In this document: one piece after another, positions 39,067-50,028 of the stretch
Numbering within the stretch: position 1 is the first letter of the stretch
How the letters are laid out: each line of letters opens with the position of its first letter
Source: Bacteroidota bacterium
GTDB taxonomy: Bacteria > Bacteroidota > Bacteroidia > 2-12-FULL-35-15
Assembly: GCA_025963715.1 (NCBI GenBank)
Contig: JAOQAG010000026.1
Span: forward strand, 80,327 to 144,326
Reading direction: 5' to 3'
DNA length: 64,000 nt
Program-made: the position numbers and the translations under genes
The notes under the pieces: generated by a model
Database searches by the model: none
What the model saw: only the letters and a program-made list of their open reading frames with translations
What the model was told of the DNA's origin: nothing

Positions 39067-39669
39067 TTATTCTACTGGTCGTTTATAATCGATGCCAAAT
39101 TTTTTTGCATATATTTCAAGCGACTCCAGCCCTACCTGAGCTCTTCGTTTATTTACAGTTGCTTCATTTTGTATCGGAGCTATTCTGTTTAAACCGGTAG
39201 TTTCATCTTTTATGACCTGGCTTCCGTAGATCTGCCTCCCAGTCTGTACTAAAGTAACCCGGTCCTCCAGCAAAGCCCACTGCGCTCCTTTTGCTTTGTG
39301 GTTCATCACCGCCTGCGTCATCATCGGTAAATATTTTTCCTGCGTGCGGAGATCTGCGTGCTGGATCACTAAAAACAAAGCGGTATTCCCTTCTTCACCC
39401 ACTTCATCAACACCAAGCCAGCCATATTTATCAAGTATTGCTTCCACTTTTATTAAATTAAAATAATCATTTTTCCCCATTTGAGATGCATCGTCCATTG
39501 ATCCCTGTCGATATTCCTGATCGCTTTTTAAAATTGCATTTAGTTGAACACTTAACGTTTCGTTTAATTTTGTGACAGGCTGTTGTTCTGTAACAACAGG
39601 ATTCCTGGGTGCTGCATTACAGCCAAAAAGAAATGCAATTAAAATGAATGCGGATAATTTTTTCATCAC
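39067..39669 (-). CDS. Hypothetical lipoprotein
   Basis: Lipobox MMKKLSAFILIAFLFGCNA. 200 aa. No recognised catalytic motif. Confidence 0.55.
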   Translation of the reverse strand: MMKKLSAFILIAFLFGCNAAPRNPVVTEQQPVTKLNETLSVQLNAILKSDQEYRQGSMDDASQMGKNDYFNLIKVEAILDKYGWLGVDEVGEEGNTALFLVIQHADLRTQEKYLPMMTQAVMNHKAKGAQWALLEDRVTLVQTGRQIYGSQVIKDETTGLNRIAPIQNEATVNKRRAQVGLESLEIYAKKFGIDYKRPVE

Positions 39670-39752
39670 GGTTTCATTGAATTTATACTTTTCAGAAAGT
39701 TACGAAAAACAAAAACGCATTTAAAATAAGATCGAACAAATACTTTTGTAAA

Positions 39753-40427
39753 TTGCCTTTCATGAAACTAAAACTGAGATTCTTCCGCATCATCCTCGTC
39801 ATTATCCTGTCAGGATTTATTTTCGGGACCATCCATTTTTATTACAATGCCATTTACATTCCAAAACAATTATATTCACAAGCACTGATCGCCGAACCGG
39901 TTGATGTGATCATTATTCCGGGTGTCCCGTACGATGGCGGCAAATGGGGATTTATCATGAGATGGCGCGTATACTGGTCGGTATATCTGTACAAAACCGG
40001 CCGCGCAAAAAACATCATTTATTCCGGATCGGCCGTGTACACGCCCTATACCGAAGCAACCATCATGGCCTTGTACGCCGAAAAGATGGGCGTTCCCAAA
40101 GCGCACATTTTTACCGAAACAAAGGCACAGCACACCACTGAAAACTTATACTATTCGTGGCAGATAGCACAGAAACAAGGGTTTAAGACGGTTGCATTTG
40201 CTACTGATCCTTTTCAATCCTACAAAATAGCACCTTATATTCCAAAATTCAACCTGAATGTAACCCTTATCCCTATGGTCATTCCGATCATGGAGCAGCT
40301 AAAAATGCAGGATTATGAAATTGAATCTGCGAAAGCCTATCAGCTGCATTTTGTTTCTATCCGGGAGCGGGAAACGCCCGAACAGCAGGAGTTTTACTCA
40401 AAGGGTGGAAGAATAAAAACTAATTAA
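39753..40427 (+). CDS. YdcF/ElyC/SanA-like (DUF218) family membrane-associated protein
   Basis: N-terminal TM helix. DUF218 core (VDVIIIPG…TENLYYSWQIAQKQGFKTVAFATDPFQ). Confidence 0.7.
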   Translation: MPFMKLKLRFFRIILVIILSGFIFGTIHFYYNAIYIPKQLYSQALIAEPVDVIIIPGVPYDGGKWGFIMRWRVYWSVYLYKTGRAKNIIYSGSAVYTPYTEATIMALYAEKMGVPKAHIFTETKAQHTTENLYYSWQIAQKQGFKTVAFATDPFQSYKIAPYIPKFNLNVTLIPMVIPIMEQLKMQDYEIESAKAYQLHFVSIRERETPEQQEFYSKGGRIKTN

Positions 40428-40469
40428 AAGCGGATTTCGGAAGTTCAAATTCGGAAGTGTGTGAACCGG

Positions 40470-40505
40470 CTCAATTCCCCTCTTGAGAGGGGCTAGGGGT
40501 GTGTT
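40470..40505. repeat. Solo family B repeat (ctcaattcccctcttgagaggggctaggggtgtgtt)
   Basis: Fifth copy of the CCCCTCTTGAGAGGGG-containing 40-mer. Confidence 0.65.
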
Positions 40506-40530
40506 TTGAATTTCAATAGCGTGACAAAGC

Positions 40531-40968
40531 TTATTTTTTATCCGCAGGAACCGGCGTATCCAGATCCGGGAACTCAATATCATCCACCACAATAAAGGCA
40601 GCAGGAAATTCCGTCTGCACTTCTTTTAAAAATTTATAGGCTTCCAGCTTGGTCCTGAAATCGCCTACGCGGATGTTAAAATTCGGCTGATCATATTTTT
40701 CATAAGCAGGCACACTCGCAAAACGTGCAATGAATTTTGCTTTCACCTCTTTTGCTCTTGCCTTGTCGGTTCCCGAATGGATCTTGATCCTGTACCCTTT
40801 GATGTTTGCTTTGGAATTGATCTCCACTTGCTTGTCCAGCAATTCCCTGATGCGCTGATCCTGCACCAGCTCTATCTTTCCGGTATCCGTTACAGGCGTT
40901 TGCGCGAACGAGAACGTGCGGAAAACACATAAAAAAAAGAGGAAAAAGGAGGTCCGGATAATGGTCAT
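40531..40968 (-). CDS. Secreted SPOR-domain (peptidoglycan-binding) protein
   Basis: Signal peptide MTIIRTSFFLFFLCVFRTFSFAQ. C-terminal GYRIKIHSGTDKARAKEVKAKFIARFASVPAYEKYDQPNFNIRVGDFRTKLEAYKFLKEV... fits the SPOR fold. Start trimmed from the listed 41154 to the Met preceding the signal peptide. Confidence 0.6.
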   Translation of the reverse strand: MTIIRTSFFLFFLCVFRTFSFAQTPVTDTGKIELVQDQRIRELLDKQVEINSKANIKGYRIKIHSGTDKARAKEVKAKFIARFASVPAYEKYDQPNFNIRVGDFRTKLEAYKFLKEVQTEFPAAFIVVDDIEFPDLDTPVPADKK

Positions 40969-41191
40969 AATTTTAAAACTGGAACAAAGGTAATTTAATA
41001 AGCAATTCGGATGTTTGATTTTTATCAAAAAAATAAATTTTTGGTCATTATAAAAGTTCGACAAAATATTGATTTTACTGGACAAACCATCCTTTTTAAT
41101 TGCCGGTTCCAGAGCGGGGATTACATAAAAAACATGCCACTTATTTAGAATCAATATAAATTAAATGATTTTTATAAAATTTTGGCTTTTT

Positions 41192-41224
41192 TTGAATCAG
41201 CAATAAGTCTTTCTTATAAATTTG
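41192..41224 (+). promoter_or_regulatory. Bacteroidetes-type promoter of the act (alternative complex III) operon
   Basis: -33 TTG (41192-94), 22-nt spacer, -7 TAAATTTG (41217-24), ~65 nt upstream of the actA ATG. Confidence 0.4.
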
Positions 41225-41291
41225 TCCGCGAGTAAAAATACTCCCCCGGCTAATCGGGCCATTCAACGGAGCTAAATAGTTAAAAATCAAT

Positions 41292-42563
41292 ATGGATACA
41301 TTGTTCAACAAGCCGCAAAAACAAATTTTCGCGATTTTTTCCTTCCTTTTTTTATCAATTGTTTTTAGTAGTAACCACGCTTTCGCTCAAGGGGGCGACA
41401 AAATATTCAAGCAAAATTGTGCTGTTTGCCACAGTTTAGGTTCGAATACGGTTACCGGTCCGGGTCTGAAAGATGTGTTCACACGCGTCCCAAGCGAAGA
41501 GTGGATGCACAAATGGATCAAGAACAACAACGCGCTGATCGCTGCAGGAGAACCTTATGCAGTAAAAATATTTAACGATAACAAAAAAACAGCAATGACC
41601 GTTTTTGCTTCCAGCTTAAGCGATGACGATATCACTGCCGTGATGAAATACATCAAAGATTACAAAGAACCTGCTCCTCAAAACCCAACATCAGTAGCCG
41701 GTGGAGCTGCTGCTCCTGCAGAAGAAGGCCTTAATCCACTAGCGATCTTAATCGGTGTTATTGCATTTTTAATCATAATCGTAGCGGTGTTACGCGGTGT
41801 ACGCCACTCTCTTAAAAATTTACAAAACGAAAAACAAGGATTACCGGAAGAAGAATCGGTTAGTGCATGGACAGAATTAAAACAATGGATCTACGGGCAC
41901 AAACGCACAACTGTTGTGATCATCCTGATCATTCTTGGCGGATTGCTTACATCCGGCTGGTATGCATTAAAAGATATCGGTGTGTATGAAGGTTACCATC
42001 CGGAACAACCAATCGCATTCTCACATAAGATCCACGCTGGCGACAATGCCATCAATTGCCAGTATTGCCACTCCGGTGTTGAAAGAAGTAAAGTTGCCGG
42101 AATCCCAACAGTGAACGTTTGTATGAACTGTCACAAAGGAATTACAAAAGGTCCAACTACCGGAACAACCGAAATTGCCAAGATCTACGAAGCGGCAGGT
42201 TGGGATCCTGAAAAAGGCGAATACAACAAACCACAAAAACCTATCAAATGGATCAAAGTTCACAACTTACAGGACTTTGTATTTTTCTCCCACCAGCAAC
42301 ACGTAAAAGTAGGTAAACAAGAGTGTGCTACCTGCCACGGTGAAGTAAAAGAAATGACTACCGTTCACCAGGATAAACAATTAACAATGGCCTGGTGTAT
42401 CGATTGCCACAGAAAGACAGAAGTACCGGGCATGAAAAACAATCCTTACTACGAAAGCATGCACAAAAAATTAGCTGAACAATACAAAAATTTACCTAAA
42501 GAAGAGCAAGTGATCACCGTTGCTAAAATGGGTGGAATTGAGTGTGGAAAATGTCACTACTAA
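41292..42563 (+). CDS. actA: Alternative complex III subunit ActA: multihaem cytochrome c with six CxxCH (N-terminal mono-haem domain fused to a penta-haem domain)
   Basis: CxxCH motifs CAVCHS, CQYCHS, CMNCHK, CATCHG, CIDCHR, CGKCHY. TM helix after the first haem domain. First gene of actABCDEF. Confidence 0.85.
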   Translation: MDTLFNKPQKQIFAIFSFLFLSIVFSSNHAFAQGGDKIFKQNCAVCHSLGSNTVTGPGLKDVFTRVPSEEWMHKWIKNNNALIAAGEPYAVKIFNDNKKTAMTVFASSLSDDDITAVMKYIKDYKEPAPQNPTSVAGGAAAPAEEGLNPLAILIGVIAFLIIIVAVLRGVRHSLKNLQNEKQGLPEEESVSAWTELKQWIYGHKRTTVVIILIILGGLLTSGWYALKDIGVYEGYHPEQPIAFSHKIHAGDNAINCQYCHSGVERSKVAGIPTVNVCMNCHKGITKGPTTGTTEIAKIYEAAGWDPEKGEYNKPQKPIKWIKVHNLQDFVFFSHQQHVKVGKQECATCHGEVKEMTTVHQDKQLTMAWCIDCHRKTEVPGMKNNPYYESMHKKLAEQYKNLPKEEQVITVAKMGGIECGKCHY

Positions 42564-42681
42564 AAAGGAATTACAAATAATAAATTAAGAATTATAAAAT
42601 TTTTAATTAACCGAACAAAGAGTATAACGCTGGATAAAATTCATAATTTATAATTCAGCATTTATAATACAAATTAAAGAT

Positions 42682-45600
42682 ATGGCAACAAAAAAATACT
42701 GGAAAGGGCTTGATGAATTAAGTAACAGTCCTGAGTTTGTTCAAAACGCGAATAATGAATTTGCAGAACAACCACCTGTAGAAAAATTCCTGGAAAGCAA
42801 AAACCTCGGAAATGAAGGAACTAACCGCAGAGATTTTCTTAAGTTCTTAGGATTCAGCGTAACCGCTGCATCATTAGCTGCATGCGAAACTCCTGTAAAT
42901 AAAGCGATCCCTTACGTTATGAAACCCGAAGAAATTACTCCGGGTGTTGCAAACTGGTACGCTTCTACTTATTTTGACGGAAGAGATTACGCAGCTGTTT
43001 TGGTAAAAACACGTGAAGGCCGCCCTATCAAATTGATGGGAAACAACCTTTCTAAAGTAAGTTCCGCTACCAATGCACGGATCCAGGCTTCTGTACTTTC
43101 ATTATATGATTCTTCCCGCTTAAGCGGACCAATTGCAAACGGCAGCGCTTCTTCATGGAGCACTGTTGATAAAGAGATTGGACAAAAATTAAGCGCAATT
43201 GCTGCAAAAGGCGGTGCTATCCGTATCCTATCCTCTACCATTATCAGCCCTTCTACAAAAGCGGCGATCGCAGATTTTTCTGCTAAATATCCTACTACCA
43301 AGCTTGTAACATACGATGCGGTTTCTTATTCAGGGATCACAAAAGCAAACGAACAAACATTCGGACAAGCAGTAATTCCTACTTATTATTTTGATAAAGC
43401 ACAGATAGTAGTCAGCATCGGTGCGGATTTCCTTGCTAACTGGATCGAAGATTACTCTGTTGGATTTGCCAAAAACAGAAGAGTAAGCAAAGAGAATGCA
43501 ACAATGTCCAAACATTACCAGTTCGAATCCAACTTATCATTGACTGGTGCTAATGCAGATGAACGCACACCGGTTAAAGTTTCCGAACAAGGTAAAGTAG
43601 TTGTGAACTTATACAATGCAGTTGCTAAGATCGTTGGTGGTTCTTCCATCCCTTCTTCAGCATTGCCTTACGATGAAGAGATCGCAAAAGCAGCAAAAGA
43701 CTTAGCTGCTAACAAAGGAAAATCACTGGTTGTTGCGGGTTCAAACGATGTGAACGTTCAATTGGTAGTAAACGCCATCAATAAAATGCTGGACAACTAC
43801 GGAAAAACAATTGACCTGGAAAATCCAAGCTTCTTAAATCAAAGTGATGATAAAGCTTTTGCTGATTTGGTTACCGATATGGCTTCCGGAAAAGTAGATG
43901 CACTGATCACATACAATACAAACCCTGTATACACAGCACCCGCTTCTTTAAAATTTGCGGATGCATATAATAAAGTAGGTTTGCGGATCTCATTTGCCGA
44001 TAAAGCAGATGAAACGGCATCCATGGCAAATTATATCTGTCCTGATCACCATTACCTGGAATCATGGAACGATTTTAACCCACGCATAGCGCACTACAGT
44101 TTATCACAGCCAACTATTTCTCCTTTATATTCTACACGCCAGGCACAGGAAACATTGTTGAAATGGAGCGGTAACACTACCGATTTCCATTCTTACATGC
44201 AAAAAGTATGGCAGGAGCGCGTATTCCCGATGCAGGGAAAATACATGGCATTCCCTGAATTCTGGAACCACTCCTTACAGGATGGCGCTATTGAAGTTGG
44301 TAAAGGCGAAGAAATAACAATGGCTTCGGGAGCCGACAGCTTAAAAGCTGCACCGGTAGCTGTGAAAGGTGCTAAAAAAGAAGAAAAACCAAAAGAAGAG
44401 CCTAAAGCTCCGGTTGCTGCAGTTGACCTGAATAGTGCGGCACAAAAAATAAACGCTGCAAAAAGCGCTGGAAACGGCAACTTTGAGTTAGCGATCTACG
44501 AAAAAGTAGGGATTGGTAACGGTAACCAGGCAAACAACCCCTGGCTGCAGGAATTACCGGATCCTATCACTAAAATTACCTGGGACAATTACGTAACGAT
44601 GTCGCCTGCCGACATGGTAGATGAAAAAGGAGAGCCGATCTATGACCTGATGAAACGCCAGGACAGAACAGCAAGTCTTGTGAACGTTACTGTAAACGGA
44701 CAAACTATTAAATTACCTGTAGTTCCTCAACCGGGACAAGCACGCGGTACCATCGGTATTGCATTGGGTTACGGAAGAGATAAAGCAGGTTCATTAAGCG
44801 AGCGCGTTGGAACCGTGATCGGTAAAAACGTATATCCGTTCACACAAATGGCGGATGGTACTATTATTTACGCAGCACTGGATGCAAAAGTAGAGAGCGC
44901 TAACGAAACCACTCAAATTGCAGGAACGCAGGTTCACCATACATTAATGGGCCGCGAGATCGTGAAAGAAACTGTTCTTTCTGAATATCAGAAAAATCAA
45001 AAAGCAGGTAATGCGGATGATATGCTGACCACCAATTCCGGCAAAATAAAAGCTGCCGATGTTGATTTGTGGGATGCATTTCCGCGTCCGGGCCATGTAT
45101 GGGGAATGACCATCGACTTGAACTCTTGTTTTGGTTGTGGTGCCTGTGTTGTGAGCTGTACTGCTGAAAACAACGTTGCTGTTGTAGGTAAAGAACAAGT
45201 AATGAAAACACGCGAAATGCACTGGTTGCGGATCGATCGTTATTATACTACCAACTGGCCGAACGAAGGAAAAGAAGCGAAAGACCTGGCAAAAGAAAAA
45301 CACGAAGGTGCAATTGCCATGTACCTGGATATGGAAAATCCGGAAGCAATCAATCCGAAAGTAGTTTTCCAGCCAATGATGTGTCAGCACTGTAACCACG
45401 CACCCTGCGAAAACGTTTGCCCTGTATTGGCTACCAACCACAGCTCCGACGGATTAAATACAATGGCTTACAACCGCTGCGTTGGTACCCGTTACTGCGC
45501 AAATAACTGTCCTTTTAAAGTAAGACGTTTCAACTGGTTCAACTACAACGGAAACGCTGATTTCACATTCAACCCTTCACAGGACGATTTAGGACGTATG

Positions 45601-45960
45601 GTTTTAAACCCGGACGTAGTAGTTCGTTCCCGTGGTGTAATGGAAAAATGCTCTATGTGCGTTCAACGCATCCAGGCTGGTAAATTAGAAGCGAAAAAAG
45701 CAGAACGCGTATTGGTGGATGCTGATGTAAATACTGCTTGTGCTGATGCTTGTCCTACCAACGCAATTGTGTTTGGTGACTTAAGTAATCCGGATAGCGC
45801 AATCAGCAAATTGAGAGCTCAGGAAAAAGACGGACGTAATTACTTTGTATTGGAAGAACTCGGTATAAAACCAACAGTATCTTACTTAACAAAAGTGAGA
45901 AACTGCGAAGAAACCGTATACAAAGGAGCAGAAGAAAAATCGGAGAAAGCGGAAGCTTAA
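42682..45960 (+). CDS. actB: Alternative complex III subunit ActB (molybdopterin-oxidoreductase-like plus 4Fe-4S ferredoxin-like domains)
   Basis: 1092 aa. Tat signal RRDFLKFLGFSVTAAS. Multiple Cys clusters (CFGCGACVVSC, CQHCNHAPCENVCP, CVGTRYCANNCP, CSMCVQR..., CADACPTNA). Confidence 0.9.
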   Translation: MATKKYWKGLDELSNSPEFVQNANNEFAEQPPVEKFLESKNLGNEGTNRRDFLKFLGFSVTAASLAACETPVNKAIPYVMKPEEITPGVANWYASTYFDGRDYAAVLVKTREGRPIKLMGNNLSKVSSATNARIQASVLSLYDSSRLSGPIANGSASSWSTVDKEIGQKLSAIAAKGGAIRILSSTIISPSTKAAIADFSAKYPTTKLVTYDAVSYSGITKANEQTFGQAVIPTYYFDKAQIVVSIGADFLANWIEDYSVGFAKNRRVSKENATMSKHYQFESNLSLTGANADERTPVKVSEQGKVVVNLYNAVAKIVGGSSIPSSALPYDEEIAKAAKDLAANKGKSLVVAGSNDVNVQLVVNAINKMLDNYGKTIDLENPSFLNQSDDKAFADLVTDMASGKVDALITYNTNPVYTAPASLKFADAYNKVGLRISFADKADETASMANYICPDHHYLESWNDFNPRIAHYSLSQPTISPLYSTRQAQETLLKWSGNTTDFHSYMQKVWQERVFPMQGKYMAFPEFWNHSLQDGAIEVGKGEEITMASGADSLKAAPVAVKGAKKEEKPKEEPKAPVAAVDLNSAAQKINAAKSAGNGNFELAIYEKVGIGNGNQANNPWLQELPDPITKITWDNYVTMSPADMVDEKGEPIYDLMKRQDRTASLVNVTVNGQTIKLPVVPQPGQARGTIGIALGYGRDKAGSLSERVGTVIGKNVYPFTQMADGTIIYAALDAKVESANETTQIAGTQVHHTLMGREIVKETVLSEYQKNQKAGNADDMLTTNSGKIKAADVDLWDAFPRPGHVWGMTIDLNSCFGCGACVVSCTAENNVAVVGKEQVMKTREMHWLRIDRYYTTNWPNEGKEAKDLAKEKHEGAIAMYLDMENPEAINPKVVFQPMMCQHCNHAPCENVCPVLATNHSSDGLNTMAYNRCVGTRYCANNCPFKVRRFNWFNYNGNADFTFNPSQDDLGRMVLNPDVVVRSRGVMEKCSMCVQRIQAGKLEAKKAERVLVDADVNTACADACPTNAIVFGDLSNPDSAISKLRAQEKDGRNYFVLEELGIKPTVSYLTKVRNCEETVYKGAEEKSEKAEA

Positions 45961-46017
45961 CCAGGCAACGAATAAAAAAGAACGAATAACATAATTTTAT
46001 AATTTCAAAAGTATAAT

Positions 46018-47415
46018 ATGCAGCACGAATCGGAAATTAGAGAGCCGTTAATCCTTGGTAAAAAATCGTATCATCAAATTACTGAAGATATCGTAAGGCC
46101 AATTGAGGGCAAAGCTACAAAGTATTGGTACATGCTTCTTACTGTATCCATCATCTGCTTTTTATGGGGGATCATGTGTTTGTGCTACACCATCGGAACA
46201 GGTATTGGTGTTTGGGGATCCAATAACGGTGTTGACTGGGCCTGGGATATCACCAACTTTGTATGGTGGATCGGTATCGGTCACGCCGGAACATTGATCT
46301 CTGCGGTATTATTACTGTTCCGCCAGAAATGGAGAATGGCCATCAACCGCTCTGCGGAAGCGATGACGATTTTCGCCGTAATGTGTGCTGCCATTTTCGT
46401 ATTGTTACACACCGGCCGTCCATGGTTGGATTATTTCTTATTTCCATTGCCAAATCAATTCGGCTCACTATGGGTTAACTTTAACTCGCCGTTGATGTGG
46501 GACGTGTTTGCGGTATCTACTTATTTCTCTGTATCCTTAGTATTCTGGTATACTGGCTTGGTTCCTGATTTTGCGATGATCCGCGACAGGGCAGTGAAAC
46601 CAATGGCTAAAAAAATGTATGGCCTGTTAAGTATGGGTTGGGGCGGAAGTGCCCGTCACTGGAGCCGTTTTGAAGAAGTATCGCTGGTACTTGCAGGTTT
46701 ATCCACACCACTTGTATTTTCGGTTCACTCGATCGTATCCACCGACTTTGCTACATCCGTTGTACCGGGCTGGCACACCACAATCTTCCCTCCTTATTTC
46801 GTTGCCGGAGCGGTATTCTCAGGTTTTGCAATGGTATTAACACTGTTGCTCATCATGCGTAAGATCTACCGTTTGGAAAACTACATTACTATCAAACACA
46901 TCGAGTACATGAACATTGTAATCATTGTTACAGGTTCTATCGTAGGTGTGGCTTACTTAACTGAGTTATTTATTTCCTGGTATTCAGGAGTGGAATACGA
47001 ACAATATGCATTCCTTAACCGTGCAACCGGTCCATACTGGTGGGCATACGCAATGATGATGACCTGTAACGTGGTTTCACCTCAGCTGTTCTGGTCTAAA
47101 AAGTTACGTACAAACTTAATGTTCACCTTCGTGATGTCCATCATCGTGAACATCGGTATGTGGTTCGAGCGTTTTGTAATCATCGTGCCTACATTATGCC
47201 GTACATTCCTTCCATCTACCTGGAACATGTATCATCCAACGTTTGTGGACATCGGGATCTATACCGGAACAATCGGAATGTTCTTTACATTCTTCCTGTT
47301 GTTTACCCGTTATTTCCCTGTGATCGCGCAAGCGGAGTTGAAATCAATTATGAAATCATCCGGACAGGAATACAAAGAAAAAGCGGCTCATTCACATGAT
47401 GAGGCACAGCACTAA
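46018..47415 (+). CDS. actC: Alternative complex III subunit ActC (NrfD/PsrC-like polytopic membrane subunit)
   Basis: 465 aa, ~10 TM helices. Position in the cluster. Confidence 0.85.
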   Translation: MQHESEIREPLILGKKSYHQITEDIVRPIEGKATKYWYMLLTVSIICFLWGIMCLCYTIGTGIGVWGSNNGVDWAWDITNFVWWIGIGHAGTLISAVLLLFRQKWRMAINRSAEAMTIFAVMCAAIFVLLHTGRPWLDYFLFPLPNQFGSLWVNFNSPLMWDVFAVSTYFSVSLVFWYTGLVPDFAMIRDRAVKPMAKKMYGLLSMGWGGSARHWSRFEEVSLVLAGLSTPLVFSVHSIVSTDFATSVVPGWHTTIFPPYFVAGAVFSGFAMVLTLLLIMRKIYRLENYITIKHIEYMNIVIIVTGSIVGVAYLTELFISWYSGVEYEQYAFLNRATGPYWWAYAMMMTCNVVSPQLFWSKKLRTNLMFTFVMSIIVNIGMWFERFVIIVPTLCRTFLPSTWNMYHPTFVDIGIYTGTIGMFFTFFLLFTRYFPVIAQAELKSIMKSSGQEYKEKAAHSHDEAQH

Positions 47416-47444
47416 TTAGAATTATTTTATAGAAAAATACAGAT

Positions 47445-47963
47445 ATGAGCAAAGTAGTAATACATGCAATTTATGACGATGAAGAGCCTTTAATGGCGAG
47501 CGTAAAAAGCCTTCGTTCAAATGGTTTTCAAATCAAGGATGCATTTACTCCATTCCCTGTGCATGGTTTAGATGTGGCAATGGGTGTTCCAAGAACACGT
47601 ATTGCAATCTGTGCCTTTATTTATGGGATCACCGGAACCTGTTTAGCTACATTAATGATGTGGTACATGATGGTTCACGACTGGCCGACAGATGTGGGTG
47701 GTAAACCAAGCTTTGCGTATTACATGAACGTACCGGCATTTATTCCTATTACATTCGAATCAACAGTACTTTGCGCTGCACATGGTATGGCCATCACTTT
47801 TTATTTAAGAAGCTGGCTGGTACCGGGAGCAAAAGCAAAAAACCCGGATCCACGCACGACTGACGATAAATTTATGATGGTTGTGGAAACAAAAGAAGAA
47901 AACAAAGCGAACCTGGAATCTTTATTAAGAACTGGCGGAGCTTCTGAAATTCACTACAAATAG
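47445..47963 (+). CDS. actD: Alternative complex III subunit ActD
   Basis: 172 aa, two TM helices. Conserved position between actC and actE. Confidence 0.75.
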   Translation: MSKVVIHAIYDDEEPLMASVKSLRSNGFQIKDAFTPFPVHGLDVAMGVPRTRIAICAFIYGITGTCLATLMMWYMMVHDWPTDVGGKPSFAYYMNVPAFIPITFESTVLCAAHGMAITFYLRSWLVPGAKAKNPDPRTTDDKFMMVVETKEENKANLESLLRTGGASEIHYK

Positions 47964-48016
47964 TTAAAAGGTTTATCTGAAGATTATAAAAAATTGCTAA
48001 AGAATACGATATTAAG

Positions 48017-48679
48017 ATGAATAAAAAAGCAACAAAAATTATTACATTAATGGCAGTTTTCGGCTGTGTTGCCATAGCGTTTACGTCATGTGATAAAAAA
48101 GATGCAAACAGTCCGGGTGTAGAGTATATGCCAGATATGTACCGCTCTCCTTCCCTGGAAAGTAACATGGCTTATGTAACCATTAAAAACGGAAAAGAAA
48201 CCGGTGATACATTGCAGGTAAACAGAATGCCGGTTGCAGGAACAATTGCAAGAGGGTTTCTTCCCTACGCATTTGCAGACACTCCGGAAGGTTATGAAGC
48301 AGCAAAAGTTGGCGCTCACAATCCATTGGAAAGAAATGATAAAAATGTAGCGGAAGGAAAAGAATTATACGGTAAATTTTGTATTCACTGTCACGGGGAA
48401 TCCGGACAAGGCGATGGCCCTGTAGGTTTGAAATTACCGGGTGCTCCTCCTGCGTATACTGCAGCTGATAAGATCAATATGACCGAAGGCGAGCTTTTCC
48501 AGATCATCACTTACGGAAAAGGATTAATGGGACCACACAAACCATTGGTATCACAGGAAGAAAGATGGAAACTGGTATTGTATGTTCAGCATTTACAACA
48601 TCCGAACGGCGTAACTGCTCCGGCTGCTGATTCTGCTGCTGTTAAACCGGCTCCAAAAATGGAAGCAAAGAAAAAATAA
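48017..48679 (+). CDS. actE: Alternative complex III subunit ActE (mono-haem cytochrome c lipoprotein)
   Basis: Lipobox …AFTSC. Single CIHCHG haem site. Met-containing distal region. Confidence 0.8.
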   Translation: MNKKATKIITLMAVFGCVAIAFTSCDKKDANSPGVEYMPDMYRSPSLESNMAYVTIKNGKETGDTLQVNRMPVAGTIARGFLPYAFADTPEGYEAAKVGAHNPLERNDKNVAEGKELYGKFCIHCHGESGQGDGPVGLKLPGAPPAYTAADKINMTEGELFQIITYGKGLMGPHKPLVSQEERWKLVLYVQHLQHPNGVTAPAADSAAVKPAPKMEAKKK

Positions 48680-48730
48680 TTGAAGAGTAGAAAAGTATAT
48701 CCGAGATAAAAAGAAAAACTTACAATTGAT

Positions 48731-49972
48731 ATGACTAATTTAAACTATACGTTTACAAGCAGAACCAGGAACATTACTTTTGGTTTAATGGCTATAGGCT
48801 TAATTACTATAATTGCAGCATTCGCTACGGATACTGTTGCACCGGATGGTTTTACTGCCGACACATACCATCATACCCGCACATGGGCAAACTTGCTTGT
48901 AAATAGTTATTTCTTCATGGGCATCGCCTTATTGTCAACCTTCTTTATGGCTTTGCAATATGTAGCGGAAGTTGCCTGGTCGGTTGCTGTAAAACGTGTA
49001 TACGAAGCCATCTCCAGTTTTTTACCTATCGGTGCTACCATAATGTTCCTGATCCTTTTAGCCGGGCAGGTTCATTTGCACGATATGTATAAATTCATGG
49101 ATAATGATATTATTACACCGGGAAATCCTAAATACGATGAAGTAATTGCAAACAAACATGGTTATTTTGGCGCGGGCGACTGGTTTTTCTGGTTGAGAAC
49201 TGTTGGTTATTTAGTGGTTTGGTGCCTGTTTCAGCGCGGTTTTATTAAACGCTCATTACAACAGGATATTGAAGGTGGAACAACGCTCCACTTCAAACAA
49301 ATGGGAAAAGCAGCTGCATTCCTTGTATTTTTTGCAGTAACTTCTTCCACTTCTGCATGGGACTGGATGATGTCACTGGATATTCACTGGTTTAGCACGA
49401 TGTACGGCTGGTATTCATTTGCCGGACTGTGGATCTCTGCAATGATCACTATCATTTTATTCGTACTTTATTTAAAACGCAGAGGTTACCTGGAGCAGGT
49501 AAACGACAGCCATATTCACGATTTGGGTAAATGGGTGTTCGCGATCAGCTTCCTGTGGAGTTACTTATGGTTCATGCAGTATATGCTGATCTGGTACACA
49601 AATATTCCGGAAGAGATCATTTATTTCCAGGAACGTTTACATGATTTCCATTACATGGGATTAATGTGGACCGTATTTGCCTTAAACTTTGTATTCCCAA
49701 TGATCTTGCTGATGAGCCGTGATGCTAAACGTAATTATTTTTTCCTGACGTTTGTAGGTTGTATCATCTTCATCGGCCACTGGCTGGATGTATTTATGAT
49801 GGTAATGCCTTCTACTGTTCACGGACAATGGCACCTTACTTGGGTAGAGATCGGAACGGCACTGGGATTCCTTGGATTATTCCTGTTCATCGTTCACAAA
49901 GCATTAACAAAAGCACCGTTGATGATCCAGAAACACCCTTATCTCGACGAAACATTACATCATCACTATTAA
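48731..49972 (+). CDS. actF: Alternative complex III subunit ActF (NrfD-like membrane subunit)
   Basis: 413 aa polytopic membrane protein, paralogous in topology to ActC. Confidence 0.8.
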   Translation: MTNLNYTFTSRTRNITFGLMAIGLITIIAAFATDTVAPDGFTADTYHHTRTWANLLVNSYFFMGIALLSTFFMALQYVAEVAWSVAVKRVYEAISSFLPIGATIMFLILLAGQVHLHDMYKFMDNDIITPGNPKYDEVIANKHGYFGAGDWFFWLRTVGYLVVWCLFQRGFIKRSLQQDIEGGTTLHFKQMGKAAAFLVFFAVTSSTSAWDWMMSLDIHWFSTMYGWYSFAGLWISAMITIILFVLYLKRRGYLEQVNDSHIHDLGKWVFAISFLWSYLWFMQYMLIWYTNIPEEIIYFQERLHDFHYMGLMWTVFALNFVFPMILLMSRDAKRNYFFLTFVGCIIFIGHWLDVFMMVMPSTVHGQWHLTWVEIGTALGFLGLFLFIVHKALTKAPLMIQKHPYLDETLHHHY

Positions 49973-50028
49973 TAGTTCCTTTTTTAGAGAAGAAAGAAAA
50001 ACAATAACGAATAACAATTCAATATACT